Shown here in pieces: positions 1 through 13,592 of a stretch of DNA of 64,000 nucleotides (the first letter of the stretch is position 1; the number at the start of each line of letters is the position of its first letter). The stretch covers positions 5,276,060-5,340,059 of the forward strand of contig CAVNZM010000010.1 of assembly GCA_963693365.1 (NCBI GenBank), read 5' to 3'. Made by a program: the position numbers and the translations under genes. The notes under the pieces were generated by a model, which was not told the DNA's origin, ran no database searches, and saw nothing but the letters and a program-made list of their open reading frames with translations. This DNA comes from Amoebidium appalachense. Its lineage: Eukaryota; Protista; Ichthyosporea.

Positions 1-81
1 GAACGGTTGTTACAATATTGTCAGAAATATGGATTTCGTTTTCTGTTTGCAATATTTAAAGCTCACGTGTAATTGGTGCAG

Positions 82-178
82 TCGCCGAGGATATGTTTAA
101 GACTGGTGGCTACATTGGCGAGAGGGTGCGCCTGTCACATGACGAGCAGGTATCAAACACCCTCCCCCCCCCCCCCCC

Positions 179-216
<38 letters not shown>

Positions 217-562
217 TCCCGGCGCAGAGAGTAGGGCCCCATATTTTTGTTACCGTGCCGGAGATGTGGCGTCTGGGGACTGCAGTTTTTTAGGTAATTA
301 TTGTGAAAGGGTATAAGCTCAGCTTAACCCTTCACACATGCCAGTAATTTTGGTCCCTAATGAAAGCCCATATTCATTCTTAGCATGCTGTAGCACAATA
401 CTATCATGACGATTGCGTGAACAATCACTTAGGCTGGGTGGGGTGGGGTGGGGTGGGGTGGGTGGGTGGGGGGGGGGGGGAGTGAAGAAGAAATAGAAGA
501 GGGAAAAGGCAGTACGAAAATAAAAAGGTGGGTGTGTGGGTTTTTTTTTGTGTGTGTGGGGG

Positions 563-598
<36 letters not shown>

Positions 599-1020
599 AA
601 GGAAAAGATTATCCACTCACCAACCCACCAACCATTTCTCAGGCGTCCATGGCACGGCGTGGCACATCGAGTGAGGATGTAGTGGGGTTCTACGCCTACA
701 CGGCCGACAGGGGGGATGTGGAGGCCCAGGTGACTGTGGGCAGGCTGTATCTGACTGGTGGCCACAGTGTGGCACCGGACCATGCAAAGGCCTACCAGTA
801 CCTCTCAAAGGCTGCTGGTGCGTCATGTTTCTCTTTCCCTCCCCCCCAACTATCTAACGCATACCCTCCCCCCCCCCTCCCCCCTCCCCCCCCCCCCCCA
901 AACACACACACGTACACACACAAACACACATACACGCACACACATTCACACACGTGCACGCGCGCACACGCACGCGTGCACACATACACACGCACGCGTG
1001 CTCACACACACACACAAAAC

Positions 1021-1117
<97 letters not shown>

Positions 1118-1260
1118 ATAGTCTTTATGTGTGATTTTTTTAGCAATCTGCATGGTGTTGTCCGTCATGAATGTGCACATTGTAAGGTGTGCATTTTAGA
1201 GAGAAGGGTTAACCTTTTACTGCCCCATGTGTCTGTCTGCTTGTGCGCGTGCGTGTGTAT

Positions 1261-1355
<95 letters not shown>

Positions 1356-1870
1356 GGGGAGGGGGGGGGTAGGCATGGTATTTTGCACATGAGGGTGGGT
1401 ACAGAGCAAATGGCCTTGCTCTACCTCTTCTAACGCATGTGTGTTTTTGTGATTGCAGAGGCAGGCAGTGCACAGGCTAAAGCCAACCTGGGCCAGATGT
1501 ATGAGAAGGTGTGTGGTACTCCATCCAAAGCTTGTTTGTTTGTTTGTTTCTTTGTTTGTTTGTTTGTTGTTTGTTGTCTTTCCTTCCTGCTTTCCGTGTC
1601 TCGTTCTTTCTGTCTTTCTTTCTTTCTTTCTTCATTTCTCTCTTTCCTTCCTTTTTTTCTTTTCCTCTGTTATTTGTTTGGGTGTTTGCTTGCTTGTTTG
1701 TTTGTTCGTTTGTTGTCTTTCCTTCCTTCTTTCTTTCTTTTTCTCTCTCTCTTTTTTTTTTTTTTTTTTTTTTTTTGGGTTTGTTTGTTTGTTCGTTTGT
1801 TTGTTTGTTTGTTTGTTTGTTTGTTTGTTTGTTTGTTTGTTTGTTTGTTTGTTTGTTTGCTTGCTTTTAC

Positions 1871-1918
<48 letters not shown>

Positions 1919-2470
1919 ACGCGCGAGAGGTTTAAAGAGTCGAAACCCATGCTTTTGGTGGAGGCATAGGAACCCCCCTGATGATGGGTTCTGTTCAAGT
2001 GTCTTCTGCCTGCACGCTTAAATCGTTTGATTTTGGATTTCCCACCTTTGTGACGCTTTGGTGTTGCTCTTTGTTGTCTCTTCCATATTTCCAACCCTCT
2101 AACGCATACATCCCCCCGTATCGACGGGGGAGCTTACTAGAAGCGCCGTCTCCTGAGTTCCTATCTATATTTTTCTTGCTTCTGCTTACTGCTGCAACTT
2201 TAACCCCCGGCCTTTCCCACTGCCCTTGCCTGCATAAGCAACCCTGCTCGTCTCTGATCAAGACGGGTGACCTACCCATGTTCAAGTGAAACAGTATCTG
2301 AGTTGGGTTTCGTTAACGAGGTGAATAGGTCGAAACTCGGGTACTGTGGATGACGTGGGCTCCCCCTGAGGATGGGCTCTGCTTATTATGCATACTCTTT
2401 ATGTATGGCTTGCATTCTGCATCGTGTTATCCGTTTGTTCTTGTGTACTTCGTACTTTTTGACGCATTCA

Positions 2471-2504
<34 letters not shown>

Positions 2505-2822
2505 CCCGTCCCTTCCCCCGGCAATCTAGCATTGTGTTCTATTCACAAATAGTTCCTTCGTCCTTCGATTGCTCTGTAACCCATTCTAACCCCCCCCCCC
2601 CCCCTCCCCCCCCCCCCTTTTTTTTTTGTTTTCTTCTCCACACACATAGACAAACACAAATATACGCACTCCCATCAAACCACGACAGAAAAGTCTTTTT
2701 CTCAAGTGTGCAGTGTGATGCAATCTGTTCTTTGTGTGTACTCTTGTGTCAGTTACTGCGCTCTAACCCCCCCCTTCCCTTCCCCCGTCCCCCCTTCCCC
2801 CCGTCCTTCCTCTTCCATTCTT

Positions 2823-2907
<85 letters not shown>

Positions 2908-3242
2908 CACAAGGGCCGATCAAGGAACCAGATCTCAAGAAAGCATTCGAACTTTACAAAGAGTCTGCCAGCGAGGTAATCCCCCCCCCCCCCCCCCCAT
3001 CCTCTGTCACCAGGTTTATGGACATTGGCTAGCATCCATTTCTTTTACGTGTGCCTTCGGAAAGGCTGTATGCAAATCCCGTTTTTTTAGTGAGGAAGTT
3101 AGGAGACGAGAGGGTGACAGGCAGATCTTTCTAACTGCAGTCTGCAGGGTAACCCAAGCGGACAAAACAATCTCGGGCTCCTCTACCTTCACGGAAAGGG
3201 TGTCGACCAGGTGAAAAATCCCCGCCCTCTTCCTCCCTTCCC

Positions 3243-3276
<34 letters not shown>

Positions 3277-4109
3277 CTCCCACGCACACACAGAGAGACA
3301 CACATACCTTCGGACCCTCTCTCCCACCCCTTCTCTCCCAGCACCGCCCGCCTGCTTTTCCAATCCGCCTGTATAATGATATGTAATAATAGTCATAGTG
3401 AATAGCAGAGATGTCAAGTGACATGCCCAGCCGGTGCGATGTCAGATTGACATCAACATGACGTCACAACGAAGTATGATTCAAAGACTTTCTTCGTCTG
3501 TTTATTCAGCGAATTCCTATTTAGTGCGTCGCCAATCCCCATGTAACGGAATCCTGGAGATATTCCAAATTATTCGTAAGCACTCTGACAATAAACATGC
3601 TGGCGTGTCTGTGTGTGCCTGTATGTTGGCCTGTTATTTTGCATGTACATGTGTGGGTACCTGGTGCACATATTTGCATACTACCCCGACCCCACAAATC
3701 TATAAATAGGACTACATTGACGCATCGATTCTATTTTTAGGACCACACTGACTCACCGATTCTATTTTTAGGACTACACTGACCCACCGATTCTATTTTC
3801 ATGACTACACTGACTCACCGATTCTATTTTTAGGACTACCGGGAGGCGCTGCGGCTGTTCCAGATGGCGTCCAAAGAGAACCACATTGACGCCCAGTACA
3901 ACCTCGGCCTCATGTTCTTCAGTATGCCTCCCCCCCCTCCCCCCCCCCCCCCCCCCCCCCCCCCCGGCCGGGGCAGAGAATGGGCTCTGCTCATGATGCA
4001 TGCATGCTCTTTATGTGTGCTTTGTGATCTATATTACGTATCAGTCATGGATGTGTACTTCGTACTCTGTAAAACATCCTAACAACCCCCCCCCCCCCCA
4101 AAAAAAAAA

Positions 4110-4141
<32 letters not shown>

Positions 4142-4267
4142 AAAAGAAAAAGAAAGGCTAATCAACAACATTTTCACACACCACAGCCAGAGAGCTTGCT
4201 TCCAGATCGCCTCTTATTCGTCATTTCTTGATAGTTGGACATAATAGGACTCACACACACACACAAA

Positions 4268-4298
<31 letters not shown>

Positions 4299-4578
4299 CA
4301 CAAATGTGCACACTCACATACACATTTGCACCACTAACACAGGCTTACACCCACACATGTTCAGATACGTTTACACGCAACCACAATCGACATTTTGCGC
4401 ACAACAAACAGACACGCACACACATACACACACACATGGGCACAGATTATGCATTTGCACATGCACCACCTGATTTCACTTGCTGACTGTATGCACGTGT
4501 TCCCATCAGACGGTCTGGGAATCACACGTGACCCCGAGTCTGCACTCAAGATGTTCCAAAAGGCTGCAGAAAAGAGTA

Positions 4579-4640
<62 letters not shown>

Positions 4641-4983
4641 ACACACGCACACACACACCACCACCACCACCACCATTGAACATTCCTCGCCATATTTCCT
4701 ACTTTTTTTTTTTTAAGTCCTGCCTCCCGTCGTCACCGTGGCAGTGCTGTAACCTCTCCCTGTTCTCGGTGTTTTTTTAATTTTTCCCCGGAGGGGTGGG
4801 GAGGGGAGAGAGAGAGAGGGGGGGGGGGGGGGGTTGCCTTGTCTCTGTCCTTCCACTTATTGATTTCTTTCTTTTTGGCAACAAGTCAAGTCCCTTGCCT
4901 TGTGTACCACTACAGTCCCATGCACTAGATCACAGTCAAACGACTAAATGGCAACCTGCTTGACTGTCCGACTAATTGTGAAA

Positions 4984-5068
<85 letters not shown>

Positions 5069-5236
5069 ACCCCCCACGAAAAAATAATAAATAGATAAGA
5101 AAACCACGGCCATCACCACGACACCACTTTCTTTCTCGTTTATCCATGAAGGCGCTACGACTAACTGACCCCCCACCCTCAACCCCATCCCACACACACA
5201 TACACACACACATACACACGCACATACACACACACA

Positions 5237-5310
<74 letters not shown>

Positions 5311-5765
5311 CACAGCCTAGCCCTGTACAGTCTTGCCCTTATGTACCATCAGGGGGTGGGCACCGTCCGCAACCCAACCCTCGCTGTCACTGTATGTCCC
5401 CCCCCCCCCCCCCCCCCCCCCCCCGGGGGGACCCTTCCGCCCGTGGGAGGATGAGATGTACTTATGATCCTCATGATTTGTGTTTAATCTCAGTCGTCAA
5501 ATGTTCATTGGGTTTCCCGTTGTGAATGTGTATTTTGGTAACAAATTCTACCCCCCCCCCCCCCCCCCCCTCCCCTCCCCGAATGACTTGGGCACCCCCT
5601 CGAGAATGGGCTCTGGTGGTCATACGCCATCTTTATGTGTGCTTTGCACTCTCCATTGTGTAGTCCATCATGAATGTGTGCTTTGCACTCTCTGAAGACC
5701 CCCCCAGCCCCCAGCCCCTACCCCACCCTACACCCCTGTGCCCCTTCGCACTATGTAGCACATTC

Positions 5766-5820
<55 letters not shown>

Positions 5821-6115
5821 ACACACGTCAAATTCCCTCTCCCCGTCCCTTATGCATATACAGTTCTTCAAGAACCTTTGTGAGCGTGGGCCGTGGGTGC
5901 GTCACATGGATGAGGGCTACAAGGCATACCGGGAGGGGCGCTATGGGCAGGCCGTGGTGCACTACATGTATGCTGCTGAGCTGGGGTTGGAGGTGGCTCA
6001 GAGTAATGCTGCATTCATCCTGGATATGGGTGCGTGTTTTTTTTCTTTCGTTTTTTTTTGTTTTTTTTTGTCTGCTTTATTGTGTATGTGTGTTTGTGTG
6101 AGGGTGTGTGTGTGT

Positions 6116-6146
<31 letters not shown>

Positions 6147-6806
6147 GGGGGGGGGGGGTAATCTTGGTTTGCTTTTTTTTTCTTTTCTTTTTCTGTGTTT
6201 TTCTTTTGTTTGTTTGTTTGTTTGTTTGTTTTTATGGTGGCTGCTTGCTTGTTTGTTTTGCCTACTAAAATTTGTTGGCCTGTTTCTGTGCTAGTTTGTT
6301 TGTTGGCTTTGTAAGTTTTCTGTGGGGGCTTTTTGGGTAGGTGTGTGTCTGTGTGTATGTGTGTGTGTTCTCGCGCACATGCACACGCGTGGTGCTCAAC
6401 ATCTACGTGATCTGGAAGCCTGCAACCTAGGATTAGATTGCATCAATTTGTTTTTATTTTAAAGAACGCGGATATTCAGGTCGTTGGAATATTTGTGTGC
6501 AATGTTGCTCTACCCTCTGCGACATTTCTGCAGTAAACTTCCTTATCTAATATTAGAATGCATGCAAGCTAGTCTGTTTAAGTGTTTTTGCACTCAGAAA
6601 CATGGGTATTTCAAATGCATACTCACACTTACAACACATGCCACAGATATTGAGACGGTGATTCCCTCCGAGTACCACTACCAGATGGCCCTGATCTACT
6701 GGCAGCGTGCTGCAAAACAGGGTATGAATGATCCGGGGATTTTGCATCCGTGTGTGTGCGTGTGTGCGTGTGCGTGTGCGTGTGCGTGTGTGTGTGTGTG
6801 TGTGTT

Positions 6807-6892
<86 letters not shown>

Positions 6893-8249
6893 TGTGCTTT
6901 TGTGCTTTTTGTGTTGTTTTGGGAGGGGTGGGGTGGGGTGGGGGTGGCTTTGGATATGGGTTGGGGGTGGATGTGGGGGGAGAGGGGGGGGGGGGGGGGG
7001 GGGGGGGAATGAGTGGATGGGTGTGGGAGGTTTGGGGTGATGTCTGTATGTGTTTTTGTGTATCGTGTGTGTTTTGAGTATCGTGTGTATGTGTGTGGAA
7101 GAGAAAGGTTGTGCGTGTTCCCGTGCACTTGAGACCACATGTGCACTCATGTGTACATGTGTTGAAGTGCGTGTTCATGTGCATATGCCTGTGCAAGGAA
7201 GTTGTGTTGGATACGTGCAAGGTTTTTTATGCAAATTCCAGTCTCTTTTTTTTACACCCATTTTTTGACATTCCTTACGTTGACTCTGCCGGGAGAGTGA
7301 AGCATACAACCCGAGACCCGTTAGCGTCAGCGCAGCGTTTACGGTTTATTAATTAGGTGCTGGTACAGGCAACGGGCAGGCCAGGATCAAGATAGGAGAC
7401 TACTACTACTATGGGAGGGGCATCCCGGTGGATTACGCGGTAGGTGGTGTGCTCCCCAAAATTGCTCGAATATTTGTGTGTGTGTGTGGGGGGGGGGGAT
7501 GGTCTTAAAGGTGGAATGGTGCTGGTGATGTGTGGGTTTGAGTGCGTGTGTGCCTATTTTTCCGTTTCGTTCTTTCTTTTTTTGTGTGTGTGTGGGGGAG
7601 GGGGGGTGTTCATGCATCGGAGCAACCGTTGTTTATAAGGTGTAAATCAATCCAAGAAAGGGGTGGCCCTGTGTGTTGTGTTTTTGTTTGTTCTTTTTCC
7701 TTGGTGATGAGAAGGGTTTTTGTGTGTGTGTTTGCCGGAAGGAAGGGATTGGAAAAGGGGGGGGGGGGAGGGGGAGCGGGGGGCACCTCTTATAGTTTAG
7801 TAATCTACTTGTCCTTGTCTGTGTGGCTGGTGTTAAAGCACAACACTGCATTTGTATGATTTTTGACAAAATACAACACCCTCCACTCTCCACATTTGTC
7901 AACATCGCTTGCTGGCCTAAGATAATGCCTGACCCATGGGTCAACCTGCAGCTTGCATTCACCAACTACCGGGCAGCGGCTAGCGACAGCAACCCTCAGG
8001 CCCTCTTTGACCTTGCATACATGCACGAAAATGGCCTGGGTATCAACCAGGTAGGAGTCTTTCTTTCTTGCCTAAAACCACTTCCTCTCTCCTCCACAGA
8101 CAGCGTGGGGTGGGGAAAGAGGGGGTGGGTTGGAGGGCAGGAGGAGGAAGGGGGGGGAGGGGAGGGGGGGAGGGGGAGAAACAGGACCCACTTGCACGTG
8201 AGAGGGCCTGTGTGTGTACGCAAACACACGGCACACGTGTACACACACG

Positions 8250-8293
<44 letters not shown>

Positions 8294-9499
8294 AGCCCCC
8301 GCACCCCTTCCAAACAGCCGCACACACACACCATTGCGTCACACGCACATTCAGAAACAGCACACGCCTGTAAGCTTTTTTTGTGTAAGTTGCCTATTTC
8401 CCTTGAGAGTTATTTTTATTTCCCCCCATACCCAATCTCACCCACAAATGCTGCAGGACTTCCACTTGGCGCAGAGGTACTACGACATGGCTATGGAGAT
8501 GAATGCAAAGGCAAAGGTCCCCGTCTATGTGGCACTCATAAAGTTGAACGCAAGGTAACCTGCTTCCACCCCCCCCCCCCCCCCCCCCCCTCCCCCCCCC
8601 CCCCCCTCCCTCCCCCCCCTTCCCCTCTTGCCCCCCCGGACCCCGAAAGAAATGGTTATAGTGCATACTCTCGAAGTGTGTGCTCCGTTTTGCAGAATCT
8701 GCTTAGTTCTGTCCGTTGTGGATGTGTACTTCGTCCTCTGTGCCCTCCCCCCTCCCCCTCCCCCCCTTCACTCGCCTTCAAAGCACACACATGCGCAAAC
8801 AGAACCCACACCCATCCACCCATCCAACCTTCCGTTGCCTCCCTGGCATCCTTTTCTGCTACTTCTGCCACAAATCCCCCCGTGAGAGGAGGGGGGGGAG
8901 GGAGGAAACCCCCTTCTCTCACTCTCTTCCTTCTCCCCCCCCCCCCCCCCCTGTACTTCGTACTTTTTGACGCATTCAAAACCCCCCTCCCCCCCCCCCC
9001 CCCCCCCCAACCACCACCACACACACATACACACACACACACACCACCCCACCCCTTCCCCCCCGCCCAAGCTCGTTCCTGGCGCATCCTAGTCTTCAGC
9101 ATATCAGTGTCAACAGGACGTGTGTACGATGCAAAGCAAACGCATGCACATACACTCTATGTCACGCGAATCATAAAAGGGGTAGTAAGCTTTAGGCTCG
9201 CCTGATTCATTGCGTCTGCGCACGACCAACATAAGCTAACTAAGGCACCAACCAACATCAGACAACTCTGGGCCAACATCATAGACTTCATCCAAGGAAA
9301 AGGCACCCCCGAACCACCCAACACCAAAACGAAAGAGGCCCCAGCAAAGGGAGAAAAGGAAACGAGCAAGGAGCAAGAAAACATGGACTGGGTGCAGTGG
9401 GCATACAGTCAGGGGGAGACGGTGTGGTTGGTGACTGCTACGGTGGTGCTGGCTGGGTTGATACAGCTCAGACGCATACTCTATCCTACTGCGCAATAG
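82..9499 (+). CDS. SEL1L: SEL1L/Hrd3-like ERAD component (Sel1-like repeats, C-terminal TM helix); 5' part lies upstream of the window
   Basis: Phase-consistent GT-AG exons: 82-149, 643-817, 1459-1508, 2907-2975, 3148-3210, 3834-3921, 4510-4575, 5309-5391, 5864-6029, 6647-6721, 7369-7439, 7952-8050, 8457-8554, 9262-9499 (TAG). Sel1 repeats (AQYNLGLMFFNGLGI, ALYSLALMYHQGVG). SEL1L-typical motifs FFKNLCERGPW, AAELGLEVAQSNAAFILD, ARIKIGDYYYYG, QALFDLAYMHENGLG, DFHLAQRYYDMA. Hydrophobic tail VWLVTATVVLAGLIQL. Confidence 0.93.
1530..1918. repeat. (GTTT)n / (CTTT)n / poly-T / poly-C compound microsatellite
   Basis: Directly visible. Confidence 0.9.
1920..2117 (+). mobile_element. Poly-C-associated short interspersed element, subfamily A
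   Basis: GTCGAAAC...CCCCCTGATGATGGG...TCTAACGCATAC-CCCC. The 3' ~133 bp recur at 45520-45652 with 5 substitutions by my count. Confidence 0.8.
2228..2480 (+). mobile_element. Poly-C-associated element, long structured copy (subfamily B)
   Basis: Homologous to 26865-27145 (-). Multi-stem fold with compensatory changes. Ends GACGCATTCAAA-poly(C). Confidence 0.8.
3710..3839 (+). repeat. Four 31-bp tandem units, each a copy of the SEL1L 3' splice-site region
   Basis: Units at 3710, 3741, 3772 and 3803 with consensus GACTACACTGACTCACCGATTCTATTTTTAG. The true exon starts at 3834 with GACTAC. Confidence 0.9.
3977..4100 (+). mobile_element. Diverged copy of the poly-C-associated element
   Basis: GAATGGGCTCTGCTCATGATGCAT...GTGTACTTCGTACTCTGT...AACCCC. 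Similar remnants at 1117-1180, 2566-2590, 2735-2770, 5447-5555, 5602-5775, 8648-8745, 8951-8985, 21437-21500(-), 34418-34545, 46961-47095. Confidence 0.65.
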
Positions 9500-9577
9500 T
9501 GTGTGCTCCTTTTTTTTCCTCTCTTTTTTTCTTTTTCTCTTTTGGTTTTGCTTCTTCTTGTGTTTTCTTTCCTCCCC

Positions 9578-9613
<36 letters not shown>

Positions 9614-9748
9614 CCCCCCCCACCGCCACTACCGCCACCCCCACCTCCCATCCCAACTACCACCAGCACCACCACCACCACACACCCACCACCCGCCCGA
9701 CGCAAACCCTTTTTTTTGGGTACGCTTTGGGAGAGGGTTGGTGCTTTG

Positions 9749-9789
<41 letters not shown>

Positions 9790-10055
9790 GTTTATCAACA
9801 TTGTATCCGTGTGTGGTGTCAAATAATCATAGTTCATTAGTACTGGGATGCCCGTCAATGCAAATGCGGAAGTATTTTTACTCAGAACTATGGGGGCTTT
9901 GGGGATGTATGACAGTTTTTCGTTTCTTTCCAGCCCCTTACCCCATCTTTTTCCCCTCCTTCCCTTCCTCCTCCTCCCTCCCCTTCTTCTTCCTCTTCTT
10001 TTTTGGGGAGGATAGGGCCGGTGGTGGTAGTTGTAGTGGTGGTGAATGCGGTTGT

Positions 10056-10147
<92 letters not shown>

Positions 10148-10421
10148 TAGTGATGCAAGTGTGTCGTAATTGCTGTGACTGATGATGAAGACTGAATGGC
10201 GGATAGATTACCTAAGATTGCATTGCTTTATTGTACCACTTCCGAATGAATCCTGAGTATATAAATTACTCGATTTATTACATATCAACACGAGTGCCTT
10301 AGACAGCATACGAGGCATATGTACACGTGAATACGAAATATAAGCGTACGAACACGGGGGTCTTATGTGTACACATTAGTAAACATCCTCAATCTGCGTG
10401 GAATGGTCTTTCCAGTATATC

Positions 10422-10519
<98 letters not shown>

Positions 10520-11174
10520 AGTATTCCCCTCTCCATGGCGGCAAGCCCCCGAGTCATGATGGCTGCAGAACCTGTTAGGTGTAAATGTAGCGCTCTCCCC
10601 CCCCCCCCCACCCACCCACCCACCCACCCACCCAAAAAAAAAAAACACCCACGCCGACCACCCACCCACCCGCCCACCCTCACCCCCCCACCCCGGGCCT
10701 CCAACACACACCACATGAACCAACGCACACACGGGCACACACACACACACACACACCCGCGCGCACACACACACAGTGCACATGCATACACACACACACG
10801 CATGCATACACACACACACACACACACACACACATGCGGCTTACGCAGGTGCACACATGTGCACACACCACCCCTCCAGTGACTTCCAAGATAGTCAGTC
10901 ACCTTAACACCGTTAACACGTGCACCAGCACCGATCTATAGAATTAACTACATTAGGCATCAAACACACCCCTAACAAGAAGGAAAACAGACTGAGTGCC
11001 CCTGGAACACTAACAGTCCAAGATCTGAGCACGGGAAATCAATGATGGCCAAGAACAGCTGCAGACTCAATCATAACGACCACCGTGGCTTACAAACATT
11101 TTTGTACAACTTAATCGGTGGGCGCTTGGGGCATAATTATAATGATTATGGGCTCGATCACCCCGTGACGGCAG

Positions 11175-11782
11175 CAGAGTCGCCTTGCTCCGAGCAGAAA
11201 GCAGAATTATATATTACACCGAAGCAGAAGATGATCCTGGAAAAGCTGAATTATTCAGTATTCCTAGGCCTAGCGGAATTAATGTATTGTTTGGCAAAAA
11301 GAATGATTATCCTGCAAAAACACTCAGAATTGTTCTGCTTGTGCAGAAATAATTAGCAGAATCGTTCGGCTTTTAGCAGGAATTTGTCCACAAAAAGCAA
11401 AGGTTATTCTACTCACGGCAGCATGATTATTATTCAAGTGACTTAGTTGTATTATTGAGGAGATATCTGCACTTTCCCAGGGGACGGGGTTTTCATTGTA
11501 CTAAAATGCTCGGTGTGGTCAAAAAAAACCCCTTCAAGATCCCTTAATAATCACCAATGATTCCCCATAAATCCCCACTTCTAGGAGGTAGAGAGGGGGA
11601 GGTGTCTCTACTCTTAGTTCAGGGATTACAACTAGGTATATACATTACTCTGCTCGTAAGCTTTTAGCCGCTGCATAGTAATTTTGCTGATTGATCAGAT
11701 GATCATCTGCTTTTGCTATGATAATTCAGCTTTTAGCTAAGTAGTTCTGGATAATTCTGCCGGGGGCAATCTGGCTTTGCCG
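11175..11782. mobile_element. Degenerate MITE-like element with GCAGAATT subterminal repeats
   Basis: Left end TTGCTCCGAGCAGAA, followed by many GCAGAATT/GAATTATT motifs. Right end TTCTGCCGGGGGCAA is an imperfect inverted repeat. A related copy lies at 18760-19040. Confidence 0.5.
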
Positions 11783-11958
11783 ATGTGGTTAAACGGTTAA
11801 TTAACTTTGAAATGCATGATCTGGGGAGCGCATGCATTCCCTGAACATATCTTTAGTCGCCCACGTGCACGCTTGCGTATCATGTGTACATGTGTGTGAT
11901 CACTGCACCGTGCACATGCATGCCCCCTCCCCCCCCCCCCCCCCCCAGAACACACGCA

Positions 11959-12011
<53 letters not shown>

Positions 12012-12018
12012 ACACATT

Positions 12019-12049
<31 letters not shown>

Positions 12050-12059
12050 TGTGACACAT

Positions 12060-12137
<78 letters not shown>

Positions 12138-12437
12138 TCACTTCGTTTCTCTACTTTCCAATGATAACATGCAAGAAAGGGCCGGGAGGATGTCTGCTTG
12201 GGAGGGCTCGTGAACGAGGAGGAGGCCCTAGCACTTGCCTAAGTGGGAATTGGGAGCGAGTCGGGGAACGTGACCATAGGATCACAAAAACATTCCCTTA
12301 AAAGGTGCCTGGCCTGGCCTGGGTGGCTTTTTCTTTTCCTTCCCCCCCCCCCCCCTCCCCCCCCCCAAGTTTTTTATTTTTATTTTTATTTTATTTTATT
12401 TTATTTTATTTATTGTAAAGTTTTTTTTTTTTTTTTT

Positions 12438-12468
<31 letters not shown>

Positions 12469-12583
12469 CACCTGAGAGCAGACTAGCGCTGAGACCGGAG
12501 GGGTTGCATCATATCACGTGCACGTGATGAAAATACATCAGTTCTAATGCCATGTGTGTGTCACGGTACCACTACAGTTTGAC

Positions 12584-12641
<58 letters not shown>

Positions 12642-12670
12642 AGCGCGCGAGCCCGTGCGTGTGACGTGTT

Positions 12671-12749
<79 letters not shown>

Positions 12750-13384
12750 GTTTCAACGGGTGTAGTTAAACAAACTTTGTCTACGGGTATTTATGATTGG
12801 CCCAGATCGAATTCGGTCCAATCGGATTGTCCACAAAAGGAAACTCAAAAAATCGTTTTTGTAAAGGGGGCCCCTACATGTATGCTTGTGTGTGTGTGTG
12901 TGTCTGTATGTGTGTGCGTGTGTGTAACTGTGTGTGTGTGTGTGTGTGTGCGCGCGCGCGTGTGTGTGTGTGTGTGTGTGTGTGTGTACCTTTGTGTGTT
13001 CGTGTGCGCGGGTGTGCACGTAAGCGCGTGTGCGCATGTGCGTGTGTGTGCGTGTGTGTGTTTGTGTGTGTTCAACTTTGTGCGGTCTGTGTGTGCGCGC
13101 GGGTGTGTGTGTGTGTGTGTGTACATGGATATGTACACATGTGTGCCCGTGTGCGTGTGTGACAAGATACATGTCATGTGTGTACCGTACATGTGTGGTC
13201 ACGTGTTGGGGCGCACATCATCCCACCCACACACACACAGGCGAGATTTAAGGATGGCTAATACATCTAGTTGGGAAAAAATTCTTTCGGATGTTCGGTA
13301 CTGGAAGAGTGCAATCAAAAACACACATTCACACAAAACACACATAATAGACACACACGTACACACACACACACACACACACAC

Positions 13385-13592
<208 letters not shown>

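Noticed and set aside
1979-2110. TGATGA as a box C/D snoRNA box C
   Set aside because: No terminal CTGA box D or terminal stem at the 3' end, the motif is TGAGGA in other copies, and copies behave like a dispersed truncated repeat.
3710-3839. 31-bp repeats as a CRISPR array
   Set aside because: Units are contiguous with no unique spacers, lie in a eukaryotic intron, and there are no cas genes.
9196-9205. Apparent in-frame TGA in the last SEL1L exon, suggesting readthrough or a recoded stop
   Set aside because: An acceptor at 9261 (CATCAG, with CTAAC branch motif at 9236) gives the correct phase with no stop. In-frame TGAs at 41035 and 47561 are likewise parts of CTGAC branch motifs. Trp is encoded by TGG throughout.
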